Assembly: GCA_028292485.1 (NCBI GenBank)
Contig: JAQGMG010000054.1
Span: 18,633-82,632, forward strand
Direction of reading: 5' to 3'
From: Rhodocyclales bacterium
Lineage (GTDB): Bacteria > Pseudomonadota > Gammaproteobacteria > Burkholderiales > Rhodocyclaceae
DNA length: 64,000 nucleotides
The notes below the pieces were generated by a model, which saw only the letters and a program-made list of their open reading frames with translations, had not been told where the DNA came from and made no database searches. Numbering within the stretch: position 1 is the stretch's first letter; each line of letters starts with the position of its first letter. Of the stretch, positions 18,127-27,240 are shown piece after piece. The position numbers and the translations under genes are program-made.

Positions 18127-20100
18127 TTACCGCAGCGCCCGCTCGACAAAATTCCGCGCCACCCGCGTGCGCGGCACGCGCCCGCCGAACCAGCTGCGCA
18201 CGTCCTCCTCCAGCCCGATGCCGTGCATGAAGTTGTAGAGCGCCTTGTTCAGCGCCTTGCCGAGCGCATCGTGATCGACACCCGTCGGGTCGATGAAGCC
18301 AACGTCATTTGTCGCAAACGACACGGGCGGCAGTGGCACGAGTGTCACGCCGTATTCTTCCGGGTTCTTGCCGACCGGCGAGTGCACGGTGCAGGCGAAG
18401 CGATGGAAGAAGCCGGACTGGATGCAACCAGCCTCGAATAGCTGACGCACGTATTCGAGCGCGTCCACCGTGTCCTGTACCGTCTGTGTCGGGAAGCCGT
18501 ACATGAGGTAGGCATGCACCAGGATGCCCGCTTCGGTGAAGGCATTCGTCACGCGTGCCACCTGGTCGACCGACACGCCCTTCTTCATCAGATTGAGCAG
18601 GCGGTCGGAGGCCACTTCCAGCCCGCCGGAAATGGCGATGCAGCCGCTGTCCGCCATCAGCTGGCACAGCTCCGGGGTGAAGGATTTTTCGAAGCGGATA
18701 TTGCCCCACCACGAGATCGAGCGATTGCGCTTGAGCAACTCTTCCGACAGCGCACGCAAAGACTTCGGCGGCGCCGCTTCATCGACAAAGTGGAAACCCG
18801 TCTGCCCCGTCTCCGCAATGATCGCGTCGATGCGATCCACCAGCGTCGTCGCCGCAACACCTTCGTAGCGCGAGATGTAGTCGAGGCTCACATCGCAAAA
18901 ACTGCACTTCTTCCAGTAGCAGCCGTGCGCCACGGTCAGCTTGTTCCAGCGCCCGTCCGACCACAGGCGATGCATGGGGTTGAGCATGTCGAGCAGCGAC
19001 AGGTACTTGTCCAGCGGCAAGCCGTCCCAGGTCGGCGTGCCGACATCGGCAAACGCTACGTCTGCTTCGTCGCTGGTGATGTATTGGACCTTGCCGTCAA
19101 CGCGAACAAAAGTCCGCATCAGTTTTTCCAGCGGCCGCTTGCCGTGCAGGTGATCGAGCAGCGCCAGCAGTGGGCGCTCGCCATCGTCGAGCGTCACGTA
19201 ATCGAAGTAGTCGAACACGCGCACATCGCTCAGCTCGCGCAACTCCGTATTCACGAAACCGCCGCCGAGCCCGATGACAATCGACGGGTCATGCGCCTTG
19301 ATTGACTGCGCGATGCGGAACGCTGCATACACCGCACCGGGGAACGGCACCGAGATGAGCACGAGTTGCGGCGCATGCCGTGTGATGGATGCCAGGGTCA
19401 GCGCATGCAGAGTCTGGTCGACGAGATTGAGCGGCGCTGCCAGCGCACGGGCCAACGGATCGAAAGTCGGCTGACTCTGCGCCAGCGATTCGGCATAACG
19501 CACGAACTCGAAACGCGGGTCGATGGCCTCGCGCAAGACATCCGCCAGATCGTTCAGATACAAGGTCGCCAGATGCCGCGCCCTGTCCTGCATGCCCAGC
19601 GCACCGAACGCCCAGGCCAGCGGATCGCCGCCATCCGGATCGATGTACTCGTCCAGCGAAGCGAAGCGCGCGCCCTCCGGCAGGAAATTACGAGAGCATA
19701 TGCGGTGGCCGACCGTCGAATCGCGCCCCTGCAGAAAATTGATGACCGGTGTGATCGTCGACAGGTAACGATCGAACTGCGCGAGGAACGCCTGCACGAG
19801 CGGCGGGCATTTGCTCTCCGGTATCGCTTCGATCTGAGCGCGGATTTCCAGCAGACCGTCGAAGGAGAAAAGGCGCAGCACAAGCGCCAACGCAAGATCT
19901 TCCTGCACCGCATCGACGCCACGCGAGCGTAGAAAGCCGGTGAGATAAGCGGTCGACGGGTAAGGCGTGTTGAGCTGCGTCATCGGCGGGATGACAGAGA
20001 GCACACGCAGGGGTTTGTCCGCTTGCTCGATGGCGCTCGGCTGCGGCCGCTCTTCAATCAGCGTGAACGACCCATCAGCATTGCGGAACGGCTTGGTCAT
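18127..20100 (-). CDS. B12-binding-domain radical SAM protein
   Basis: 657-aa ORF with a Rossmann-like N-terminal region. The cysteine cluster GCYWKKCSFCD (nt 18895-18921) is followed by a TIM-barrel-like region. Confidence 0.8.
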   Translation of the reverse strand: MTKPFRNADGSFTLIEERPQPSAIEQADKPLRVLSVIPPMTQLNTPYPSTAYLTGFLRSRGVDAVQEDLALALVLRLFSFDGLLEIRAQIEAIPESKCPPLVQAFLAQFDRYLSTITPVINFLQGRDSTVGHRICSRNFLPEGARFASLDEYIDPDGGDPLAWAFGALGMQDRARHLATLYLNDLADVLREAIDPRFEFVRYAESLAQSQPTFDPLARALAAPLNLVDQTLHALTLASITRHAPQLVLISVPFPGAVYAAFRIAQSIKAHDPSIVIGLGGGFVNTELRELSDVRVFDYFDYVTLDDGERPLLALLDHLHGKRPLEKLMRTFVRVDGKVQYITSDEADVAFADVGTPTWDGLPLDKYLSLLDMLNPMHRLWSDGRWNKLTVAHGCYWKKCSFCDVSLDYISRYEGVAATTLVDRIDAIIAETGQTGFHFVDEAAPPKSLRALSEELLKRNRSISWWGNIRFEKSFTPELCQLMADSGCIAISGGLEVASDRLLNLMKKGVSVDQVARVTNAFTEAGILVHAYLMYGFPTQTVQDTVDALEYVRQLFEAGCIQSGFFHRFACTVHSPVGKNPEEYGVTLVPLPPVSFATNDVGFIDPTGVDHDALGKALNKALYNFMHGIGLEEDVRSWFGGRVPRTRVARNFVERALR

Positions 20101-20211
20101 GTGGGTGCGTCGAAGGAGACAGAGGGCGCATTCTAGCGTTCGATCAGCTCATTGTTAAACTTCATGCCGCTTTCGCGCAATAATGGCCTCATCTACGTGG
20201 CAATACCGATG

Positions 20212-21119
20212 TCAGAAATCAAGCGAGCTATCACCGGTATTATCTTCGAGAATAAAATCAATAGTCTCCCTGATATCTGGTTTGGCGTTAATTATTTTTA
20301 TGAGTTTATAAGATTTCATTCCCAAACGCTTAATGGGCGTCGCTAAGAGGGCATTGAGAAGCTATGGGGGCTTGAAATCACACCATCGAAATCTAATAGT
20401 ATTTTCTTTCCTTCATCGATTGCTGTAATCAGCGTGCGATCCCTGAACTTTATAGCGGCACTCTTATCTTCAGGATATGGCCCAAAATAATTAGTGATAC
20501 TCAAATAAAAAGTGCCTTCGTTTTCGGCATTGTTCTTAGCCTCCTGCTCGCGCGTTGCCGCTTGTCTAAATTCAGACATTAGCGAATGAAGATCGAAGCC
20601 AGCTTGCTTTTCTAATCCGATGCTCACCAAGGCAAATGTGCCTGGCCAACCATATTCAAGCCGACGTGTAGTTATGTCAGCAGGAGAAACGTGAAGTACG
20701 CCGTTCCCCGATACGATATGCATGTCCGCGCGAAGTCGCCGAACAATGTTAGTCGAAAGAAATAGCCCCATTCCTGCATTATTCTTATTGGTGTAAGGAT
20801 CGGACCTACCAAATGTTCCAGAAACTTGGGGTTGGATGGCCTTTCGTAAGGCGACCTCATCGTCTTCAATACCCGGGTAAGTCTGCGTGAGATGTCGCTT
20901 AATTCCCATTCCAACATCCGCAACGATGAACTGAAGCTCATCTCTCTTCACATACCAAGTGAACTGTATTAACGAGGGGAGCCGTTTATTCCAAGAGTCC
21001 GGGTCTTCGAAAAATGTAATCCCGTGTTCCGCGCAGATCATTGACAGACGAATTGCATATCGTACGCGCATATTTCCTACTGACTCGACAGCCAAGAAAA
21101 AGTGTTGGCTTTGCGCCAT
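20212..21119 (-). pseudogene. GHKL (HATPase_c-like) ATPase fused to a STAS-like (DUF4325-like) domain, interrupted by a -1 frameshift near 20356-20363
   Basis: The 258-aa ORF has G1/G2-like boxes VADVGMGI and NNAGMGLF and ends ...LLDFDGVISSPHSF-SMPS*. The -1 frame continues LNALLATPIKRLGMKSYKLIKIINAKPDIRETIDFILEDNTGDSSLDF* to TGA at 20212-20214. The islet is strongly AT-enriched. Confidence 0.6.
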
Positions 21120-21126
21120 TCACAAA

Positions 21127-22035
21127 TCACTGCCGCAGCACATCAATATCCTGCAATTGCCACATCAAGCGCAAGGCATTGCGCTGGCCCTGATCTTCCT
21201 TGTTGGTATTGAGCACGGTGTGCACGTCCTTCGCCAGATCGGTCAGCTTGCCGATATTGAGGGCGAGGTCGGTGAGTTCGTTGTCGGCGTAGACGTAGTC
21301 GAAGCGCCCGCCACTCATGTTGCCGGCATATTCCCAGGTCTGTGCGTTGCGACCGTGCAGGCGCACGATGGCGAGCTCGGGATTGGTGACTTCCCATACG
21401 GTGGGGATGCTGTTTTCGAAACCTTGCGGTTCGTCGACGATGACGTTGACGAGGCCGCGTTCGCGTTCGAAGGCCAGCGTGGAGGCGGTCTGTTCGCCGC
21501 TGAACCAGCTGCGGTTGCGGAACTCGACGGCCATGGTGTGACCGACCATGCGATCGGCGCAGTGCTCGATGTGAGCACAACCAGTGCGATTGTTGAGCAT
21601 CCACGGCGCGAACTGGAAGTGTACGGCGCCTAGTTTGTTGGCGGTTTTCAGCGGTTGCAATGCATCGACGAAACGGCGCCAGAGTTCGTCGCGGATGCTT
21701 GGTGGTACGTCGCGGTAGAAGAAGTTCTGTTTCAACGTGGGTGGAAGTGCTTTTTGAATGTCTTGCGGCAGCGCGTTCGGTGCGGTGTGGTGGCCAGTGA
21801 ACAGGCGAAAGGCTTTCATGTTCATGACGAAATCATTCGGCGTGCGTTCGGCCCAGATTTGCGAGTTCTGCGGTGTGGGCATGGCGTAGTAGCTGGCGTC
21901 GACTTCGACGAGCGGGAATTGTGCTGCGTAGAAACGCAGGCGCGCGTCGGCCGTGTTGCAGCCACGCGGGTAGAAGCGACCGCAGGCGATGAGGCTTTTG
22001 TCAGACCAGGAGGAGGTGCCTACGCGGACGGACAT
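21127..22035 (-). CDS. DUF72 family protein (YecE-like)
   Basis: Internal ATG at 22035. The product begins MSVRVGTSSWSDKSL...FYPRG...RLRFYAAQFPLVEVDASYYAMP, typical of DUF72. Confidence 0.85.
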   Translation of the reverse strand: MSVRVGTSSWSDKSLIACGRFYPRGCNTADARLRFYAAQFPLVEVDASYYAMPTPQNSQIWAERTPNDFVMNMKAFRLFTGHHTAPNALPQDIQKALPPTLKQNFFYRDVPPSIRDELWRRFVDALQPLKTANKLGAVHFQFAPWMLNNRTGCAHIEHCADRMVGHTMAVEFRNRSWFSGEQTASTLAFERERGLVNVIVDEPQGFENSIPTVWEVTNPELAIVRLHGRNAQTWEYAGNMSGGRFDYVYADNELTDLALNIGKLTDLAKDVHTVLNTNKEDQGQRNALRLMWQLQDIDVLRQ

Positions 22036-22060
22036 TGCTTTGATTCTTTTGTCATAAGTG

Positions 22061-22210
22061 GATTTCCCCTTGCCGCGAGCCCTCTCCCGGCCCTGACGGA
22101 CCACCTTCTCCCGCAAGCGGGCGAGGGGACGGCAACGTGGCGCCGCTTGCTTTCCCCTCGCCCATGGAATGGGAGAGGGTGGCGCGACAGCGCCGGGAGA
22201 GGGTTGCCGG
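22061..22210. repeat. composite palindromic CCCTCTCCC...GGGAGAGGG intergenic element (family C)
   Basis: ccctctcccgg (22080-22090) is the reverse complement of ccgggagaggg (22193-22203). Internal motifs are ttctcccgcaagcgggcgagggga and tttcccctcgcc...gggagaggg. A related motif occurs at 27107-27180. Confidence 0.5.
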
Positions 22211-22216
22211 TATCAG

Positions 22217-24370
22217 TCACATTTCCGATTTGTCCCGCCACATCTCCCGCATCTTCGCCGCCAGATCGATGAATGCCTGCGGTGGTGGTGTAGCCGGGGT
22301 GTTGAGCGAGGGCGCGGCGGCAACCGGCCAGGCGCGTGTCTGGAAATGCTGGATCAACCCGGCCGGGATGAAGCGTGTGCAGTTGGCATATACATGGCGG
22401 TCACCCATGCCGGGCTGGCCGGTGACGTAGAAGCGCTGCGGCGTGAGGATTTGCAGCTGGTCCCTGGCGCGTGTCATGGCGACGTAGAGCAGGCGGCGCT
22501 CCTCCTCGATCTCTTCGTTGTTGCCGGTCGCCATGTCCGATGGGATACAACCATCCACGGCGTTGAGCAGGAATACGACATCCCATTCCTGGCCCTTGGC
22601 GGAATGGATGGTGGAGAGGATGAGGTAGTCCTCGTCAGGCAGCGGCACGCCTGATTCGCCGCTGGTGGCATTGGGTGGGTCGAGTGTGAGTTCGGAGAGG
22701 AAGCGTTCGCGTGTGGGAAAACCGGCGGCGATCTTCTCCATCTGCAGCAAGTCGCCAGCGCGCGCTGTGGCGTCGTCATGCTTGCGCTCCATGTGCGGTT
22801 CGTACCATTGGCGCACGAGTTCGAATTCGGCCGGCCAGCGTGAGAGGTTCGAGCGCGACAGACGGAACATGTCGGTGAACAGTTGCCAGTCGACTTTCGC
22901 CTGCACCGGCGGTGTGAAGCTTTCGAGCACGAGCACGGGATCATTGTTGGCGGCGATCTCGTCGAGCACTTTGCCCGCCGTCTTCGGGCCGATGCCCGGT
23001 AACAGGTGCAGCACGCGGAAACCGGAGACGCGGTCGCGCGGATTTTCGATCCAGCGCAGCACGGCCAGCAGATCCTTGATGTGGGCAGCTTCGAGAAATT
23101 TAAGGCCGCCGAATTTCATGAACGGAATATTGCGGCGCGTGAGTTCGATCTCGAGCTGGGCGCTGTGCCAGGAAGCGCGGAACAGTACGGCCTGCTTCTT
23201 GAGGATCGTGCCTTCTTCCCTGCGTTCGAGAATCTCTTCGACCACGTAGTTCGCTTGGTCGCCTTCGTCGCGCACGGTTACAAGGAGTGGCAATTCGGCA
23301 GCGGGGCGCTCGGTCCATAGCTCCTTGCTGTAGCGCTCTGTGGCAAGGCCGATCACCGCGTTGGAGGCTTCGAGAATCGATGGCGTCGAGCGGTAGTTGC
23401 GCTCCAGCGTGATGACGGTTGCGGGCGGATCGAACTGTTTGGGAAAATCCAGGATGTTGCGCACCGTCGCGCCGCGAAAAGCGTAGATGGATTGCGCGTC
23501 GTCGCCAACCACGGTGAGGCCGCGCCCGTCCGGTTTGAGCGCCTTGAGGATGGAGCTTTGCAGGCGATTGGTGTCCTGGTACTCGTCGACCAGCACATGC
23601 TGGAAACGCGCGCCCACACTGGCTGCCAGCGCGGGCTCGGTGAGCATCTGTGCCCAGTAGAGCAGCAGGTCGTCGTAGTCGAGCACGGCCTGTTTCTGTT
23701 TGGCTTCGACATAGCCGGCGAAGAGCGCGCGCAGTTCGTCGGCCCATTCCGTGCACCACGGGTAGACCTTCTCCAGCACGTGCTGCAACGGTGCTTCGGT
23801 ATTGACGGCGCGCGAGTAGATCGACAGGCAGGTGTGCTTGGTGGGGAAGCGTTTGTCCTTGCTCGACAAACCCAGTTCGTAGCGCACGAGGTTGAGCAGG
23901 TCGGCCGAATCCTCACGATCGTGAATCGTGAAGGACGGGCTCATGCCTAGCTGTTTGGCATATTCGCGCAACAGCCGCGCGCCGATACTGTGAAAGGTGC
24001 CGCTCCAGGTGAGTGCGGATTGCGCCCACTGTGATGCGGGGCCATCGATACCGGCGACGATGCGCTCGACGCGACGCCCCATTTCGATGGCAGCGCGACG
24101 CGAGAAGGTGAGTAGCAGGATGGCGCGCGGGTCGGCGCCATTGGCGATGAGATGTGCGACGCGATGCGCCAGCGTATTGGTCTTGCCCGAGCCGGCGCCG
24201 GCAATGACCAGCAGCGGACCGGCCTGATGCGAGCCCGCTGCCTCGACACCATGTTCGACCGCCTGCCTTTGCTCGGCGTTGAGCCTGGCGAGATAGGTCG
24301 GGGTTCCGGCTGAGGTGTGTATGGACGCAGGCTTGGGGCGGCTTGTAGGCATGAATGAAACTGATGGCAT
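22217..24370 (-). CDS. UvrD/Rep/PcrA-family ATP-dependent DNA helicase
   Basis: 717-aa ORF with Walker A AGAGSGKTNTLAHRV, VLVDEYQDTN, and C-terminal helicase motifs (YVAMTRARDQL). Confidence 0.85.
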   Translation of the reverse strand: MPSVSFMPTSRPKPASIHTSAGTPTYLARLNAEQRQAVEHGVEAAGSHQAGPLLVIAGAGSGKTNTLAHRVAHLIANGADPRAILLLTFSRRAAIEMGRRVERIVAGIDGPASQWAQSALTWSGTFHSIGARLLREYAKQLGMSPSFTIHDREDSADLLNLVRYELGLSSKDKRFPTKHTCLSIYSRAVNTEAPLQHVLEKVYPWCTEWADELRALFAGYVEAKQKQAVLDYDDLLLYWAQMLTEPALAASVGARFQHVLVDEYQDTNRLQSSILKALKPDGRGLTVVGDDAQSIYAFRGATVRNILDFPKQFDPPATVITLERNYRSTPSILEASNAVIGLATERYSKELWTERPAAELPLLVTVRDEGDQANYVVEEILERREEGTILKKQAVLFRASWHSAQLEIELTRRNIPFMKFGGLKFLEAAHIKDLLAVLRWIENPRDRVSGFRVLHLLPGIGPKTAGKVLDEIAANNDPVLVLESFTPPVQAKVDWQLFTDMFRLSRSNLSRWPAEFELVRQWYEPHMERKHDDATARAGDLLQMEKIAAGFPTRERFLSELTLDPPNATSGESGVPLPDEDYLILSTIHSAKGQEWDVVFLLNAVDGCIPSDMATGNNEEIEEERRLLYVAMTRARDQLQILTPQRFYVTGQPGMGDRHVYANCTRFIPAGLIQHFQTRAWPVAAAPSLNTPATPPPQAFIDLAAKMREMWRDKSEM

Positions 24371-24427
24371 CGCGACACGAGGTGACGGTTCTGGCGCTCT
24401 TGCACAGATTCGGCTTGCGAACTTGAA

Positions 24428-24443
24428 CTGTACAAATATACAG
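24428..24443. promoter_or_regulatory. LexA (SOS) box CTGT-N8-ACAG
   Basis: CTGTACAAATATACAG lies 58 nt upstream of the helicase ATG and 70 nt upstream of the divergent small ORF. Confidence 0.6.
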
Positions 24444-24512
24444 TCACACTTACAAGTCTACTTTGCCCAGTCCCCATTCCCCGACTTGAAAAATCTTTCA
24501 GACAAATGACGG

Positions 24513-24740
24513 ATGCCGACAGTCGCCAAGGAAATCATCGTGATCACATTTGAACAAATCCAGCGTGCAACTGCCCGTTGCCTGGAAGCACACCCGGCTA
24601 TCGACAGTGTGTTGCCGAAGGAAAGCCGTTTGCTGGTGGAGTTGCTTGGCCGGATGATTTACGCGCGCAGCGATAGCATCGACGAGCGTGCGCTTTCTTC
24701 GCCGGTCATTGAAGACTTGCGTCATTGGGGTGCGCGATAA
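24513..24740 (+). CDS. small hypothetical protein (possibly DUF3717-like)
   Basis: 75-aa ORF divergent from the helicase. Its composition is more protein-like than the antisense ORF at 24498..24758. The family assignment comes from memory only. Confidence 0.35.
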   Translation: MPTVAKEIIVITFEQIQRATARCLEAHPAIDSVLPKESRLLVELLGRMIYARSDSIDERALSSPVIEDLRHWGAR

Positions 24741-24912
24741 CGCAAATTTCGCGCGCACTTGGTGGTCAAGGCTGAATCATCAGCGCCTGAATGTTGCAGC
24801 GCGCCTGTCCTGCCTGCGGCATAAGCCCTAAACTCGCCCTGAACGCAGCCGTACAATGTCGTACGCCATGGGTGGTGCGCAGCGCCACGACCCTTCCGCA
24901 ATCGGCCATGAA

Positions 24913-27021
24913 ATGTATAAAAGACTACGAATCGCCTTCGTCGTTGGATTGACCGTATTGCTCTGCGATGCAGTCGTGCCATTCGTTCTGGCCAAGCGCG
25001 TTGCACAACAGCGTGAGATCGTCAGCGATATCGAGAGCAATACCCGCCACTTCAATCGTCTGCTCTCCGCGTACAAGGACGCCGAAACCGGCGAACGCGG
25101 TTTCCTGTTGTCGGGCAGGCCGGAGTTTCTCTCGCCCTATACCAGCGGACGGCAAATCATCGATACCTTGCTGCCGCAGCTGAGCGGGCTGACCGCGATG
25201 TTGCAGCCTGCCGAGTACGCCGACCTCCTCGAACTCGATCGTCAGGAAGCAAAGTACCAACGCGATCAGATCGATGCACGGCGTGCTGGCAGGGCGCCGG
25301 GGCTCGAAGACATCGCACGCGGCAAAAACTTGATGGACGCCATCCGCATCAGGATCGGCGCGATTGTCGAGCGGGCCAATGCGCGGGTAGCTGTAGCGAG
25401 CGCCCGCGCCCGGCAGCTTGAAGCCTGGAGTCGCTGGCTAATCGTGATCGTCACTGCTGTGGACGTGTTGTTGTTCAGTGCGACCTTCTGGTTTGCGATG
25501 CGGCTGTTGCGCTCGGAGCAATACGCAGGACGTGTCGCCGAAGTTGCCAACGAATATCTTCTTGCCGAAGGCTCCTTGCGCTACGAAGCCATGCGCAAGC
25601 TCGAGGTCCATGCCGACAAGCTCAATCAGATCATCGAGATGCAAACGGCATTAACGCAGACTACCTCGTGTCTCGAAGACTTCCTGGCATTGGTTGTCGA
25701 CCGCATGCTTTCCTTGTCTTCAGCCGACGGCGCGGTGATCGAGATGGTCGAAGGTGACGAGCTGGTGTACCTGGCGGGCAGCGGTAGCGCAGCGGATTTT
25801 GTCGGGTTGCGCCTGGCGCGGGGCACTTCGCTGTCGGGCCTGTGCATTGCCGAGAAGAAAGAGATGATTGCGTCGGACGTCGCCAACGACCCACGCGTCA
25901 ATCGTGAGGCGGCAGCGAAAATCGGTGCAGCGGCAGTGATGGTGGCGCCGCTGTTCCGCACAGGCGAGGCTGTCGGCGTGCTCAAGATACTCTCGAGCGT
26001 GGTGAACGGCTTTGACGAAAGCGACATACAGACCTTGCGCCTGGTTGCCGGCTTGCTCGGCGCCGCACTGGCCGATCGGCTTGCCATCGAGACCAACGTG
26101 GCTTTGCTGGAGGAGCGTAGTCGCGCGCTGGTAGCGCTCGGTCAGCAGCAGCAGTTGTTGCATTCGATCACGGACGGCATCCCTGCGCTGGTGGCCTTCA
26201 TCGACGCGGAAGAGTGCCATCAATACACGAACAGACAGTATTCCGAAATTCTCGGCAAAGACCCCGTAGGCAAGACCATCCGCCAATCCGTTGGCGAGGA
26301 GAAGTACCTGGTGCTCAAGCCGCATATCGAGAAAGTCTTGAGTGGCAGTGCCGTCGATTTCGAGAATCGCCTGGAAACGCTGAACGGATCGCGCTACACC
26401 CATGGGCACTTCATTCCGCAGTTCGACGAGGCGGGCCGGACCATCGGTTTTTGCAGCATTGCCTGGGACATCCACGCCCGCAAGGAGCAGGAGATGAAGT
26501 GGCAGTCGCGCGCCCTGGTCGATCAGCTGACCGGTGCGCTCAATCGCTTCTCATTGATCGATGCTGTCGAGCAGGCCCTGGCGCGCCAACGTCAGCTGAA
26601 CGACGGCGGGAAGCTTGCAGTGTTTTATCTGGATGTCGATCACTTCAAATGCATCAATGACACCCATGGTCACGCTGCCGGCGATACCGTATTGCGCGAG
26701 TTCGCCAGCGCGCTGAAAAGCGCCATTCGCGCGTCGGACATTCTTGGCCGTATCGGTGGCGACGAATTCTGCATCCTCGCCGACAATGTCGGCTCAATCG
26801 AAAATGCGCGGCGCATTGCCGACAAGGTGCTCGATCAGGTGCGCGCAATCGGTGTCGACAAGACTGGCTTGCCGCCCATAACCACCAGCCTTGGCATTGC
26901 CTTCATCGGGGGCGGCACCTTGAGCGCCAAGGAAGCAATCGAGCTGGCAGATACGGCCTTGTACGAAGCCAAGCAAGCGGGCCGCAACCGCCATGCGGAG
27001 CGCAGCGTCAGCCTGGTGTAG
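24913..27021 (+). CDS. CHASE3-GAF-PAS-GGDEF diguanylate cyclase
   Basis: CHASE3-like N-terminus (ETGERGFLLSGRPEFLSPY), a TM helix, GAF and PAS regions, and an RIGGDEFCIL active site. An alternative start lies at 24856. Confidence 0.85.
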   Translation: MYKRLRIAFVVGLTVLLCDAVVPFVLAKRVAQQREIVSDIESNTRHFNRLLSAYKDAETGERGFLLSGRPEFLSPYTSGRQIIDTLLPQLSGLTAMLQPAEYADLLELDRQEAKYQRDQIDARRAGRAPGLEDIARGKNLMDAIRIRIGAIVERANARVAVASARARQLEAWSRWLIVIVTAVDVLLFSATFWFAMRLLRSEQYAGRVAEVANEYLLAEGSLRYEAMRKLEVHADKLNQIIEMQTALTQTTSCLEDFLALVVDRMLSLSSADGAVIEMVEGDELVYLAGSGSAADFVGLRLARGTSLSGLCIAEKKEMIASDVANDPRVNREAAAKIGAAAVMVAPLFRTGEAVGVLKILSSVVNGFDESDIQTLRLVAGLLGAALADRLAIETNVALLEERSRALVALGQQQQLLHSITDGIPALVAFIDAEECHQYTNRQYSEILGKDPVGKTIRQSVGEEKYLVLKPHIEKVLSGSAVDFENRLETLNGSRYTHGHFIPQFDEAGRTIGFCSIAWDIHARKEQEMKWQSRALVDQLTGALNRFSLIDAVEQALARQRQLNDGGKLAVFYLDVDHFKCINDTHGHAAGDTVLREFASALKSAIRASDILGRIGGDEFCILADNVGSIENARRIADKVLDQVRAIGVDKTGLPPITTSLGIAFIGGGTLSAKEAIELADTALYEAKQAGRNRHAERSVSLV

Positions 27022-27041
27022 TGTGCAACTCACCCTGGAGC

Positions 27042-27197
27042 CGTCATTCCCGCGAAAGCGGGAATCCACTTAGTGGCATAGACCTCATGTAGAAGTGGAT
27101 TCCCGCTATTGCCCTCTCCCCCAACCCCTCTCCCCCGAGGGGCGAGGGGAGCATCGAGCGGTTACGCCGGTTGTAAAACTGGCGGGAATGACAGATT
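27042..27197. repeat. family-B double-hairpin repeat whose right arm is split by a ~74-nt family-C element
   Basis: cgtcattcccgcgaaagcgggaatcc...gtagaagtggattcccgct is followed by an insert at 27107-27180 (attgccctctcccccaacccctctcccccgaggggcgaggggagc...) and then ggcgggaatgac. Confidence 0.75.
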
Positions 27198-27240
27198 TAT
27201 TAGCGCAAACAAGGCTTGATGTTCGCGCTGGCGGCCCCAA

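Noticed and set aside
24498-24758. 86-aa minus-strand ORF overlapping the small plus-strand ORF at 24513..24740.
   Set aside because: Its composition is rich in Arg/Cys/His and it has no RBS. The plus-strand frame looks more protein-like, although that frame is itself only weakly supported.
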